Shown: in pieces, positions 14,614-27,090 of the stretch | How the letters are laid out: each line of letters starts with the position of its first letter | Position numbering within the stretch: position 1 is the stretch's first letter | From: the human T2T-CHM13v2.0 reference genome, Homo sapiens | Assembly (NCBI RefSeq): GCF_009914755.1 | Contig: NC_060945.1 | Direction: 5' to 3' (one strand) | Length of the DNA stretch: 64,000 nt | Program-made: the position numbers and the translations under genes | The notes under the pieces: model-generated | Database searches by the model: none | Seen by the model: only the letters and a program-made list of their open reading frames with translations | What the model was told of the DNA's origin: nothing

Positions 14614-15794
14614 CCTGGACCCAGGCATCCCCACAGCACAGAAGCACACACCTGTTGTCTTCCTTGTTTTTCTTCCTCAAGGCTGTTTCCTGGAACTCAG
14701 TTTTCTGTCGTAGATGATGTTTTTTATCTGGCCCTTTGTTTCGTGACTAATTGCACCCTCTTCAAGCTCTTGTTACATTTGGAAACCTGCCCAAATTTAT
14801 CAGTGATGCACAGGCAGTTTTAGCTCCACCTGCCTGATATCTGCCTCCCTTCGTTAGTTCTACGCTGAAGCAGACATGAGTGGTACCCAAAAGAGCTCCT
14901 CGAACCGCAACTTCTGTTGCATCAACCAGAAACTTTGGGGAAGAGACCAGAACTGAATATAGACAATGAAATCATACTGGGGAACCTGCTGGAGTGAGTG
15001 ATGCAAAGCTGGCTACTCTATCAACTATACAGTTGAGATTTAGGAGATGCTCGTTTTCAGGCAGCCGTCAACCAGCAGTGCAGACTGTGCTTCCTGAGAG
15101 AGAAGAAACTTAGGAGATAAACTCCCATTTCCCAGCTCTCTGCTGGGGCAGGCTTCCAAAATGCAGTGTCACCTTCCAAAATGCAGTGTCACCAGCCGGA
15201 GTCAGAGCAGAATACAGTGACCCAACTCTGCCGAGGAGGAAGGGGCCAGCGCTCAAGCAGCTGAAGCCCTGGAGTCCGAGGAGCAGAGAAGCGGAAAGAA
15301 GGATCCGTGTGGAGAGCAGGCCCCGCACTGTGGGAGCTGACTGTGAATCTGTGGAACGGGGCAGGGCTGTGCATTCCCAGGGCAAGGCAACCACAGGCTC
15401 ACCAGAGAGAAGCTGCCAGAGGATTGAGAGTGAAGCCCCCCTCCAGTCCCCACGTCGACATCCAGCCGAGACCCCCTACAGCCCGGCACCAAATGAGTAA
15501 GGACCACAGACTACAGTGAGACCCGCCTAGGCCAGCCCGAACAAAGCCTAAACCAATTCAGAATAGGATTTTTAGGGAAGACAGTTTGGAATGTGAGTCC
15601 CACCAAGATACAGAGTGTTCCAAGTTGTAGATGCTTCCCAGAGATCCACCCTAGCAAAGTGTTGAACAAAAACTGCACAAGATTAAGGTCATTCTCCAGT
15701 AACTGACGGCTAGAAAATCAGAAACATGATACAGCTCAGAGTCTGTAAATGCATTATTATGATACCTCATACACAATCAAAATCATCAGATATT

Positions 15795-16087
15795 GACCAG
15801 GCACGGTTGTTTATGCCTGTAATCCCAGCACTTTGGGAGACCAAGATGGGAAGATTGCTTGAGGCTAGGAGTTTGAGACCAGCCTGGGCAACATAGTGAG
15901 ACTCTGTCTCTACAAAAAAAATGGTTAAAAATTAGCCAGACATGGTGGTGCATGCTTGTGGTCCCGGCTACACGGTAGGTTGAGGCAGGAGGGTCTATTG
16001 AGCCTGGGAGGTTGAGGATGCCATGAGTTATGATCACACCACTGCACTCCAGCCAGGGCAACAGAGCAAGACCCCGTCTCAAAAAAC
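15795..16087 (+). mobile_element. AluJ inserted in an old L1M relic
   Basis: Dimeric Alu with TSD aaatcatcagatatt. Confidence 0.92.
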
Positions 16088-16664
16088 AAATCATCAGATA
16101 TTAAAGATATAGGTAAATTTAATTCACTGTTAAAAAAAATAAACCTGAGATGGTCTAGATATTGGACATGGCAAATGATGACTGTAAGCAGCTATTATAG
16201 ACATCTTCCAAAAAATCCAAGAAAACTGTTCAAATAATTAAAGGAAAACATTGTCTTCATGAATGGATAAATAGGGAATCTCAGTAGAGTAATTGAAGCT
16301 ATTTTTTAAAATGGGAATCCTAGAACTGAAAAGTACAGTAGTTAGAAATTTTAAATACACCAAATTTGACTTCAAAAATCAACAACGTCCAAATCCAGGA
16401 ATCTCAGAAAGCCCCCAGTAGGATAAATAGGAAGAAAACCACATCCAGGCACATCATGAAGTGATGACAACCAAAAATGAAGACAAAATCTCAAAAGCAG
16501 TGACAGGAAGACACTTTACATACAAAGGAACAAGGATAAGAAAAACGCCCTGGCTTCTCGTGAGAAACAGTGGAGACACATCTTTAAAATGCTGAGCAAC
16601 AATAACTGGCAATCCAGAAGTCTACATCTATGAAGAACGTGCTTAAAGACTGAGATTGAGGCCG

Positions 16665-16950
16665 GGCCGGGCACTGTGGTTCACACCTCTAATCCCAGCA
16701 CTTTGAAGGCTGAGGCAAGAGGATCACTTGAGCCCAGGAGTTGTAGACCAGCCTGGGCAACAAGCAAGAGCACATCTCTACAGAAAATTTAAAAATTAGC
16801 TAGGGGTGGCGGTGTGCACCTGTAGTCCCAACTATTCAGGAGGATGAGGCAGGAGGATAGCTTGAGCCCAGGAGTTCGAAGCTGCAGTGAGCTATGACTG
16901 CACCATCACACTTCAGCCTGGGTGACCGAGCAAGAAGGGTCTCAAAAAAC
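16665..16950 (+). mobile_element. AluJ
   Basis: Dimeric Alu with TSD actgagattga. Confidence 0.9.
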
Positions 16951-17029
16951 CCCAGAAACTGAGATTGAAGTGAAAACCTGTTCAGAGGAGCAAAAGCTGG
17001 GAGAAATGCTCCCCTGCAGATGTGCACTG

Positions 17030-17180
17030 CAGGCAACGTGGACAGATGTGCTTTAGGTTGACTAGGACGAGGCCAGGTGGGCCCTGACCTGCAGGAAGGA
17101 GTAAGGGCCAGGCAACGTGCACGGATGTGCTTTAGGTTGACTAGGACGAGGCCAGATGGGCCCTGACCTGCAGGAAGGAG
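17030..17180. repeat. 79-bp tandem duplication (2 copies)
   Basis: caggcaacgtg...gacctgcaggaaggag starts at 17030 and 17109. Confidence 0.95.
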
Positions 17181-18763
17181 ATGGGGGAAGGTAAAGGAGC
17201 AGGTAAATATCAAAGATGCATCCTCATTCTTCTGTAGTCAACTTGTAAGACAGCTAACCTTTAAAATGGATTACTTGGTGACTAGGTCACATAGGAACAT
17301 GTGATCACTGTGGCTGCCCCAATTCTCCTGGTTTTTAAGTGTGATTCTGAACTATAGCAGTGAAAGGAGTTGCCTGTGACAGGGCTGAACTTGTGGCCTC
17401 ACCCGGCTTGTCCCTAGGCCTTAAGGTCACTCCCACATGGCCACAGATCGGCTCTGGGTCCATAGACTTCTAAGTTCTGTCCACAGCTCTGAGACCCCAC
17501 TTGGTCTTCAGCCTTGGAGGGGATTTCATTAACGTGGTGTCTGACTTGTCTGAAGGCTTCTTGGCAGGAATCACCCATATCCACCACCAGCAGGCACAGG
17601 AGGACCCACACAGGAGCAGAGGGTGCCCCTGGGAGCTGCCTGGGATGGAGGGAGTAGCTCTGCCGTGAGAGATGGCTCATACCCCTACTGTGTGACACCA
17701 CCGTAGAATAAAGCGCTGTGGCCAATCCATCGAGAGAACAGAGCTGGAGTGTGAGGAGGAGCGTGTCATCCACACTCCTGCCCACTGCTTCCCAAGTTCA
17801 GGGGCATCCTGGAATTTCACACCAGCTCCTCACTTTCCCCCAAGCTGCCTCTGCAGGGGTGAGACTGACCAGACCCACAGCGAGGGAGAGGAACCAGACA
17901 TGAGTAGCTCAGGCCCTCCTCTGTGATGGGTCCTCCTGGGCTCCGTCTGCAGAGGAGGTGTCCTGTGGCCATTAGTGCTACTCGTGGGAAGTGGACACTT
18001 CTGAGGTGTGGTGTCAGGAAGCCCACTGTGGTCACACGCCTGAGCCATGCTCTGCAGACGCCAACGTGGCTGATGTTTTCATCCATCTTCTCTGTCCCAG
18101 CTGGTTCAGGACTTCAGGATGAGTCACTTATTGAACGCTCTACCCCCGGTATAATTTGGCACAGTGGTAATGACCATGGATCCCAGAGTGAAACTAAGCA
18201 GTCCAGATCCCTGCACCTCTGCAGTGGTGCAGACACGCACCCATTGTGCAAACCCTCTATGACTTACAAATTGCACATCTGTAAAATGGGGTATCAGCCA
18301 CCCCGAATGCTGGCAAAGATCAATGAGATAATCACAACCTGGCACAGTGTTAGACCTCTGTGCATTACTGTTACCTCAATAATCATCATTATTATTCCAC
18401 AATATGGAGCCCAGTAGCTTGGCTCTCATTACTTGGGAAGACCCTGATGATGACTGAGCTTCTCAGTCAAAACGGGGCCCCTGGTGTAGTGAGTGTGACT
18501 GTGCTTGTGTGAGCTCCAGATGGCATTTACAACAGGGGGACCTTGAACATCCATGAGGTGGACCCCTGGCCTCACTGACAGCCCTTCACCAGCTCCCCTC
18601 GGCTCTGTTTCCAGGAAACACATGGTCTGCTGAGTCATGGGAACCCCCAGCTCAGAGGTTCCTGAACTGAGTAACCTCAACAAGAAAACCCAGAAAGATC
18701 AACAGGAGAGGGCAGAGGAGGAAAACCCACCCAAGGAGGAAGATGCCAGGGGCCTTGCTGCCC

Positions 18764-19053
18764 GGATGCCCGTGACCTGCCCTGGTTCTATGCTGCATCT
18801 CCACCACCTGCTGCCCACCCAGGGCTGTGGGACCTCCTGCTGCCACCTGGCCACCCCCGCCCTGCCCCCCGCACCGTGCAGCTCTGCTGTGCCGGCCCCT
18901 GTGTGAGGCGTCCACCTCCTGCCAGCTGGCCTGCCGCATGCTCAGGTCGGGCCTGTGTGTGGCCGCCTCCTGCCGGTCCTCCAGGTGCTGCCCGCCCTTC
19001 TGCCCCTTCCCTGGCCTGCAGACGTGTGACCTGCCACACCGGCCTGCTGCTGA
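18764..19053 (+). pseudogene. Degenerate KRTAP12-family pseudogene, KRTAP12-4-like
   Basis: Frameshifted pieces: GCP/VTCPGS/CCISTTCCPP/QGCGTSCC...AALLCRPLCEASTSCQLAC...LCVAASCRSSRCCPPFCP/SLACRRVTC/TPACC* (TGA 19051-19053). No intact start or TATA box. Confidence 0.8.
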
Positions 19054-19749
19054 TGGATTATCCTGATAATCAACTCTCTGCTATTGTTTAGCAAAAGCCT
19101 TTCCCTTTGTCCTATTATCAGAATCCCCCTGCACTTCTCAGTCCCTGGTGACAGATCCACCTCCCACCGTGGCTGGAATTTCCCCTGAACGTTCTTGTGC
19201 AGGAAGGCTTAGTTCTCTATCAAAAATAAGTCTCTCTGCTCCTTAATAGTGGGTCTTTTTAAAAATTTCCCTGAAGCTGTTTCTCGTTGTCCTTTGCCTT
19301 CCTGACCAAGACAATGTCAGCATGGGGTTCTGTCCTTGGTCACTGCTCAGAGGTGGAGCTTGACCCTGGGATGTCGGGAAGACGCTCTGGGAAAAGCTGT
19401 GGCTGAAGCTGCTGAGTCCAAAGGGGGTGTCTCCTTCCCAGTAGTTTCAGACGAGGATCTCTCAGCCAGGACTCTTCTGGAGCCTGGAAACCAAGCCACA
19501 GGACGAAGGGCTGCGGGAAGAAGGAGGCTGAGCCTGGGGAACCTGGTGGCTGCCTTCGGGTGTCAGAAGGGCTTTCCCCCAGCACGCGTTTCCCCAGAGG
19601 CTGGATTGGGGCCACTGAGGCGGTGTGACAGGGAGGTAGATTTCAGCTCAGCAGGAGGAAGGGTCCCCTGAAAGCCAGGGCTCCCAGTGACACACTGGGC
19701 GCCTGGTGATTACTCAGCTTCTGGGTGCTGAGGGCTCTGAACGGCAGGC

Positions 19750-20560
19750 ACACTTGTCCCACTGTATCATAACAGAAAAAACCGGAACGGCCCATGTGCC
19801 CATTAGCTGGTGGATGGATAAACACAGCGTGACAGAGCGGTACAGCGGAATCCACACCAGCACTGAGGGCGGCATTGCTTACGCACACAGCAACAGGAAC
19901 GCATCGCAGAAACACCGCGCGGGGTGGGAGAGGCCGGCACCAGAGGACTTGCTGTATGACTCCATCTGAATGAGTTCTAAAACAAGGAGAACCAATTCAT
20001 GCTTTAAAAAATTCTCAGCAGTGGCCATCTCTGGGGGATTGGGTGAAATTGACTGGGGAAGGCAGAAGAGTTCTGGAGAGGATGGTAAAGTCCAGGGTCC
20101 TGATGGGGGTCCTCTCCCAGCCAGGAGGGAAGCCAGGACCACCCTCTCCCCTGGGCCTTGAGGGGGCCTGGGTGAGCTGTGTTGACAGATTGGCAAACTT
20201 CGTCAAATGATACCCTTGAGATTTGAATCATTTCACATGCAAAACAAATGCTGAACTCGAGTTAATGGCAGGTTGCTGCAGTGTGTGAGTGAAGTGTGCG
20301 GTTGCTGCACCTTCCCCTGCAGTGCCTGTGAAATATGATGCACTGACAGAGGCCGGCTCGGGGGTGAGTATCCGATCAAGCACAGTGAGTGACGTGCCAG
20401 GTGCAGATCCAGGGCCGGGCGCGTGGATGCCCACTGTTTAATTTTTACAACTTTTCTGTATGTTTCCGTTTTTCATAACAAAATGAAAATAAAGATAGTT
20501 TTTAAAAAGTAGTTCAGAAGATGAAAACAGTAAATGTTTTCATAAAAAATAGAAGCCACA
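19750..20560 (+). mobile_element. Old L1M 3'UTR relic
   Basis: Degenerate ggtggatggataaac...tgtatgactccat...tttttacaacttttctgta L1ME/MB-like blocks. Confidence 0.55.
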
Positions 20561-20856
20561 CATGAGATCCTTGCTTTGGAGAATTGGGCTATGATCAGAG
20601 GGAAGTGGGGTGCACTCAGAGAATTGGGGTACCCAGCATTCAGGGAGAATAACGGTGGATCGCAGGTCAGCCAAATGTCCCAGAAGCAGCAGGACAGTCA
20701 TGAGGAAGCCAACACTACTCAAACAGTGTGGCTGCCCCAGGGCAGGATGGCAGACCCAGCCCACCATTCCCATCTCCACCTTCCCAAGACCACCACAGGG
20801 GAGGGCAAGTGAGTTTACCAAGGATGAGGGACTCCAGCAATGAAAAGGAAAGAGAC

Positions 20857-21137
20857 GGCCAGGCGCGGTGGCTCACGCCTGTAATCCCAGCACTTTGGGA
20901 GGCCGAGGAGGGCAGATCATGAGGTCAGGAGATGGAGACCATCCTGGCTAACACGGTGAAACCCTGTCTCTACTAAAATTACAAAAAATCAGCCGGGTAT
21001 GGTGGCGGGCGCCTGTAGTCCCAGCTAGTCAGGAGGCTGAGGCATGAACCCGGGAGGTGGAGCTTGCAGTGAGCCGAGATCGCCCCACTGGACTCCAGCC
21101 TGGGCAACAGAGCCAGACTCTATCTCAAAGAAAAAAA
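20857..21137 (+). mobile_element. AluY with small internal deletion
   Basis: AluY diagnostics. TSD aatgaaaaggaaagaga at 20839-20855 and 21138-21154. Confidence 0.94.
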
Positions 21138-21638
21138 AATGAAAAGGAAAGAGAAGGGTGTGTGTGGACTGCCGACCAGGGCAGAGGTGGGACCCACCTG
21201 CCTGGGAGCCCCACACAGTTCTGCTTCCCAGCAAGCCCAGCGGAAGGGGAGTGGGGAGGGCTGCAGTGGAGAGGGGGACTGAAGGTGTGAGCATGTCACC
21301 CCCTGGCCAGGACCCCTAAAGGCCCCGAGGGGCACCAGGCACAGTTCTCTCATGCTGGCCTCGGGCTCCCATCGCTTTTACTCCAAAGTGAGGCTGGCGA
21401 TGGATGGACCTGCGCCCCGAGCATAGAGCACCAGGCCAACCTCCCCACTCAGGTGGGGGCTCCTCCAGCAGAAAACAGACCACACACACAGCAAGAGAGG
21501 AGCCCGGGCAGCCCGGGACCACCCTCACCCCAGCCAGGAGGGAAGCCAGCGGCACGAAAAGCAAGACCAAGATAAACTAACATATCACTGCACCCAGGGG
21601 AAACCAATGGTTTAAGGAACTTAAAAAATCCTAAATAC

Positions 21639-21949
<311 letters not shown>

Positions 21950-22093
21950 TCAGATATTCAGGAAGATGTTACATCTACCAAACAAGGACAAGATGCTTTG
22001 AAAATGAACAATTAGAACAATGATCCCTAAAATGTCACAGATATTAAACATCTCATTGATATTTAAAATTAAACAGAGAGGCTTGAAGGTGAG

Positions 22094-22124
22094 TGTATTA
22101 GGGTTCCCTTAGAGGGACAGAATA

Positions 22125-22186
<62 letters not shown>

Positions 22187-22568
22187 GGGGGGGTTACTAA
22201 GTATTAACTAACATGATCACAAGGTCCCACAATAGGCCGTCTGCAAGCTGAGGAGCAAAGAGATCCAGTCTGAGTCCCAAAACTGAAGAACTTGGAGTCC
22301 AGTGTTCAAGGGCAGAAAGCATCCAGCACAGCAGAAAGATGTAGGCTGGGAGGCTAGGCCAGTCTCGCCTCTTCACATTTTTTCTGTCTGCTTTATATTC
22401 GCTGGCAGCTGATTAGATGGTGCCCACTCAGATTAAGGGTGGGCCTGCCTTTCCCAGCCACTGACTCAAATGTGAATCTCCTTTGGCAACACCCTTACAG
22501 ACACTCCCAGGATCAGTACTTTGCATCCTTCAATCCAATCAAGTTGACACTCAGTATTAACCATCACC
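22094..22568 (-). mobile_element. MLT2A solo LTR (HERV-L)
   Basis: Reverse complement starts ...GTGATGGTTAATACTGAGTGTCAACTTGATTGGATTGAAGG. TSD (g/a)tgag. Confidence 0.9.
22126..22182. repeat. (TA)n microsatellite inside MLT2A
   Basis: About 28 TA units. Confidence 0.98.
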
Positions 22569-23214
22569 ATGAGGTTGAGAAATCGCTCTGATTTGGAACA
22601 AAACGTCAAAGAGATAAAAAAGAAATGAGGAAAAAATACCATAAATGACTGATCTAGTGAATGTAATCCCTGATGTGTGGGAGTCCCACAAAGCGGGACA
22701 GTGAGAATGATGAGCGGATGCACAAATAAACTCCTAAAGAGGAGCATTTCCCAAGGCTAAAGACACAGTCTTCAGGCTGAAAAGAACCAAGTGATGCCAA
22801 GAAAAATGAACGGAAAAATCCTAGATATGTCCTCTGTTGAAATGATATAACATCAAAGATAACAAGTGGTTCCCATGGGCTTCCAGAAAATCAAACAAAC
22901 AAACAAATGAACAAGTCACCCACAAGCAATAAAAATCAGATTAGCATCAGACATCTCATCAGCAGCACTGAAGGCTACAGACTCACAGAACAACACTCAT
23001 GATGTCCGGGAGGTCAGCATTCAGCCCACGCTTTCAAAGATGAGCATGCTGTAAATAAACAGGTTAAACAAAAGATAAGCAGTTCTTAAGATAAGCAGTA
23101 AACATGACAGCAAATTATTAACCATAAAACTATTAAGCAAGCATATGTGTTTTTCTAAGGCTAAGTAGCATGTATTTTATCCTCTGGGGGTGTGGTCATT
23201 TGCTTTTCTACATT

Positions 23215-23354
23215 TTTGTTTGTCTGTTTGTTTATAGAGAAGGGGTGGTCTTGCCATGTTGTCAGTCTAGCATCAAGCTTCTGGGCTCAAGTGATCCTTC
23301 CACCTCAGCCTCTCAAGTAGCTGGGACTACAGGTATGCACCACCATGCCAGGCT
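23215..23354 (-). mobile_element. Alu monomer (FLAM-like)
   Basis: Single antisense Alu arm with T-rich tail. Confidence 0.8.
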
Positions 23355-23899
23355 CTTTTCAAAATATTTTAAAGTAGTGGAAATATTTTTTCAAACTGAA
23401 TCTGACCTAGAAGTCAAGTCTGTAAAACAGATTAAAACACAGCTTCTCTAATTTAAAGTGGGATGGAGAATCCAGACACCTATTAGTTTGTCCTCCTCCC
23501 CTCCCTTCCCTTCATCTCCCCTCGCCTCCTCTCCCCTTCTCTCCTCTCTCCACACTTCTCTCTCTCTCCCCAGCTCACCCCCTTACCTAGGTAACATCTG
23601 AAATGTCTCCTAAGAACATGATTTTACAACCTTGTTGCTTTGAGTCCCTCTCTCTCCCCAAGCTCTAAGAGATTACGGAATTAGCATGTGCATCATTAGG
23701 CCAGGGAACAGAGCTGATAGCAAAGAATGGCACTCACCCCTATGTCTCTAACGTATAACTGTTAACAACATATGTTGTATCAGCCATTACTCACAGCTGA
23801 CTTTCTCTATAATAAGCTTATTTTTTCAAGAATCCTTATGTCCCCATCCGTACACTAAGACCCTAAGAACTGAGAGACAGAACATCAAGGACCTATTCA

Positions 23900-26800
23900 T
23901 CCATATTGTTCCAATTGCAAAAATGCATGAGGACATTATGTATTGATAAAAGATTCAACTCATCAAAGATATGAGAATTAGAAACATATATGCACCATAC
24001 AAAGAGTCCCCACATATATGAAGCAAACATTGACAGAATTCAAGTGAGAAATAGTTCTACAATAGTTGGAGACTTTAATATTTCATTTTCAATAATGAAC
24101 AGAACATCTAGTCAGAAGGTCAATAGGAAATAGAGAACTGAACCCACTATAAACCAGTTACTCACAAAAGATATGTATAGACACTCCACCCAACAACAGC
24201 TTTACTGGTGAATATCACCAAACATTTTTTTAAAATTTAACAAAAACCTCCTCAAGTTGTGAAAGAAAAAAATAGAAGGATCACTTTCTAACTCACTCTG
24301 TGAAGCAAACATTATGCTGATACCAAACCCACATAAGACATCAAAAGAAAAGAAAATCACAGACGAACATGACTTGTAAGTACAGATGCAAAAATTCTCA
24401 ACAAAATACTAGCAAAGTGATTCCAACAGCATATTAAAAGGATTATATACCATGACCAAGTTGGATTTATCCCAGGAATGCAAAGATAGCTCCAGATTAA
24501 AAATAATCAATGTAGTATACCACACGAAGAGAATGAAGTGAAAAAACCCACATGATCTCAATTAACAAAGAAAAGGCTTTGACAAAGTCCAACACCATTT
24601 TATGATTTTAAAACACTCAGAAAACTAGAAATAGAAGGGAATTTCCTCAACATGCTAAACAGCATGTATGAAAAACCCACAGCTTGCATTATACTTGACA
24701 GTGAAAGACTGAAAGCTTTCCCCCTAAGATTAGGAACAAGACAGGATGTCCCTTTTCACCACCAATATTCAACATTGTACTGGAAGTTCTAGCCAGAGCT
24801 ATTAAACAAGAAAAATAAATAAATAAAAGTCATTAAAATTGGAAAGGAAGAAGTAAAATTATTTCTATTCACGGGTGACATGATCATGTCTATAGAAAAT
24901 CCCAAAGAATCCACAAGAAAGCTACTAGAGCTTTATTAAAGAATTCACCAAAGTTTCAGGGTACAAGATCAACATACAAAAATCATGCATGTTTCTATAC
25001 ACCAGCAATGAAAAATCTGATAAGGAAATTAAGAAAAACAATTCCATTTCAATGGCATCCAAAAGAATAAAATACCTAGTAACAAATATAACCAAGGAGG
25101 TAAGAGACTTGTACAATGATAACTGTAAAACATTGCTGAAAGAATTAAAGAAGACCTAAATAAATGGAAAGACATCCATGTTCATGGATTAGAAGACTTA
25201 ATGTTGTTAAAATGGCAGTACTACCCAAAGAAATCTACAGATTCAATGCAGTCCTTATCAAAATTCCAAGTCTTTTTTTTTTCCAGAAATGAAAAAGCTG
25301 ATCTTCAAGCACATATGGATTATAGGAACTCAGAATAGCCAAAACAATCTTGAAAAAGAGGGACAAAGCTGGAGGATTCACACTTCCTAATTTCAAAACA
25401 TACTACAAAGCTACAGTAATCAAAACAGTGTGGTACTGGCCTAAGAACAGACATATGGACCAATAGAATAGAACTCAAAGGTCAGAAATAAACTCATACA
25501 TTTATGGCCAACTGATTTTCAACAAGAGTGTCAAGATAATTCAATAAGGAAAGAATAATCTCTTCAACAAATGGTGTTAGGAAAACTAGATTTACAGATG
25601 GGAAAGAATGAAGTTGGGCCCTTACCTAATATCATATATAAAAATTAACTCTAAATGGATCAATGCCCTAAATATGGTAGCTGGAACCATCAAAATCTTA
25701 GGAGAAAAGATGGGAAAAATGCTTTATTCCCTTGGATTTGACACTAGGTTCTTAGATATTACGCAAGAAGCACCAGCAACAAAAGAAAAAATAAATTGGA
25801 CTTCATCAAAATTTAAAACTTTTTTGAATCAGAGAACACTGTCAAGAAAGTGAAAAGACAATCCACAGAATGAAAGAAAATATTTGCAAATCATACATCT
25901 GACTGTGACTCAACAACAAAAAGACAACCCAACTAAAAAATAGGCAAAAGATTGAGTAGACATTTCTCCAGTGAAGGTATGCAAATGGCCAATAAGTACA
26001 TGAAAAGATGCTCAACAGTATTACTCATTAGGAAAATGGAAATCAAAACCACAATGAATGCTACTTCACACCTACCAGGATGGCTGTAATTTTTTTTTTA
26101 AAGGAAAATAACAAGTGTTGGCAAAGATGTGGAGAAATTGGAACCCTCATACTTTACCAGTGGGAATGTAGAATAGTGCAACCACTGCGGAAACATTTTG
26201 GTGGTTCCTTAAAAGTTAAACATAGAATTACCACATGACTCAGGAAATAAGGAGCACCCAAAAGAACTAAAAATAAGTAAATAAATAAAAAGAGAGAGGC
26301 TCAAATAGATCCTTGTATGTCAACATTCTTTGCAGCATTATTCATAATAGCCAAAAGGTATGAATAACCCAAGTATCTACCAACAGATGAATGGATGAAT
26401 GGATTCACACTTCCCAATTTTAAAACCTACTGCAAAGCTACAGTAATCAAAACAGTGTGGTACTAACATAAGGATAGACACAAAAAGCAATCAAATCTAA
26501 GAGTCCGGAAATAAAGCTATTCATTCACGGTCAACCGATTTTCAACAAGAATGCCAAGACCATTCAATGGAGAAGGAATCATCTCTTCCCCAAATGGTGC
26601 TGGGAAAACTAGATTTCCACATGAAAAGAAACATGTGGTATATCTGTATGAAGGAATATTATTTATCCATAAAAATGAAAGAAGTCCTGACACATATTGC
26701 AACACAGATAAACATTGGAAACATTGTGCCAAGTGAAATAAGTCAGTCACAAAAAAAACAAATATTGTTTGATTCCTCTTACATGAAGTATCTAGAACAG

Positions 26801-27090
26801 GCAACTTCACAGAAACAGAAAGTAGAATAGAAGTGACCAGTGACAGTGGGGAGAAGGAAATGGGGAGTGAATGTTTAATGGGGACAGAGTTTCAGTTCGG
26901 GAAGAAGAAACAGTCCTAGAGGTGAACAGTGGTGGTGGTTGCACAGCACTGTGAATGTACTTAACCCACAGAATTGTTCACTTAAAAATGGTTAAAATGG
27001 TAAATTTTATGCTATGTATATTTTACCACGATGTTTAAAAGATAAAAATAGTTGGCTATTTTATGTTATATATATTTTATCACAAAAAAA
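23900..27090 (+). mobile_element. L1MB-type element (ORF2 plus 3'UTR)
   Basis: EN/RT-like ORF2 remnants. 3' end ...cacttaaaaatggttaaaatggtaaattttatg is typical of L1MB. Confidence 0.85.

Noticed and set aside
14539-14649. N-terminal extension of KRTAP12-1 in the ORF track (133 aa)
   Set aside because: It starts at GTG upstream of the TATA box. The real start is GCCACCATG at 14538.
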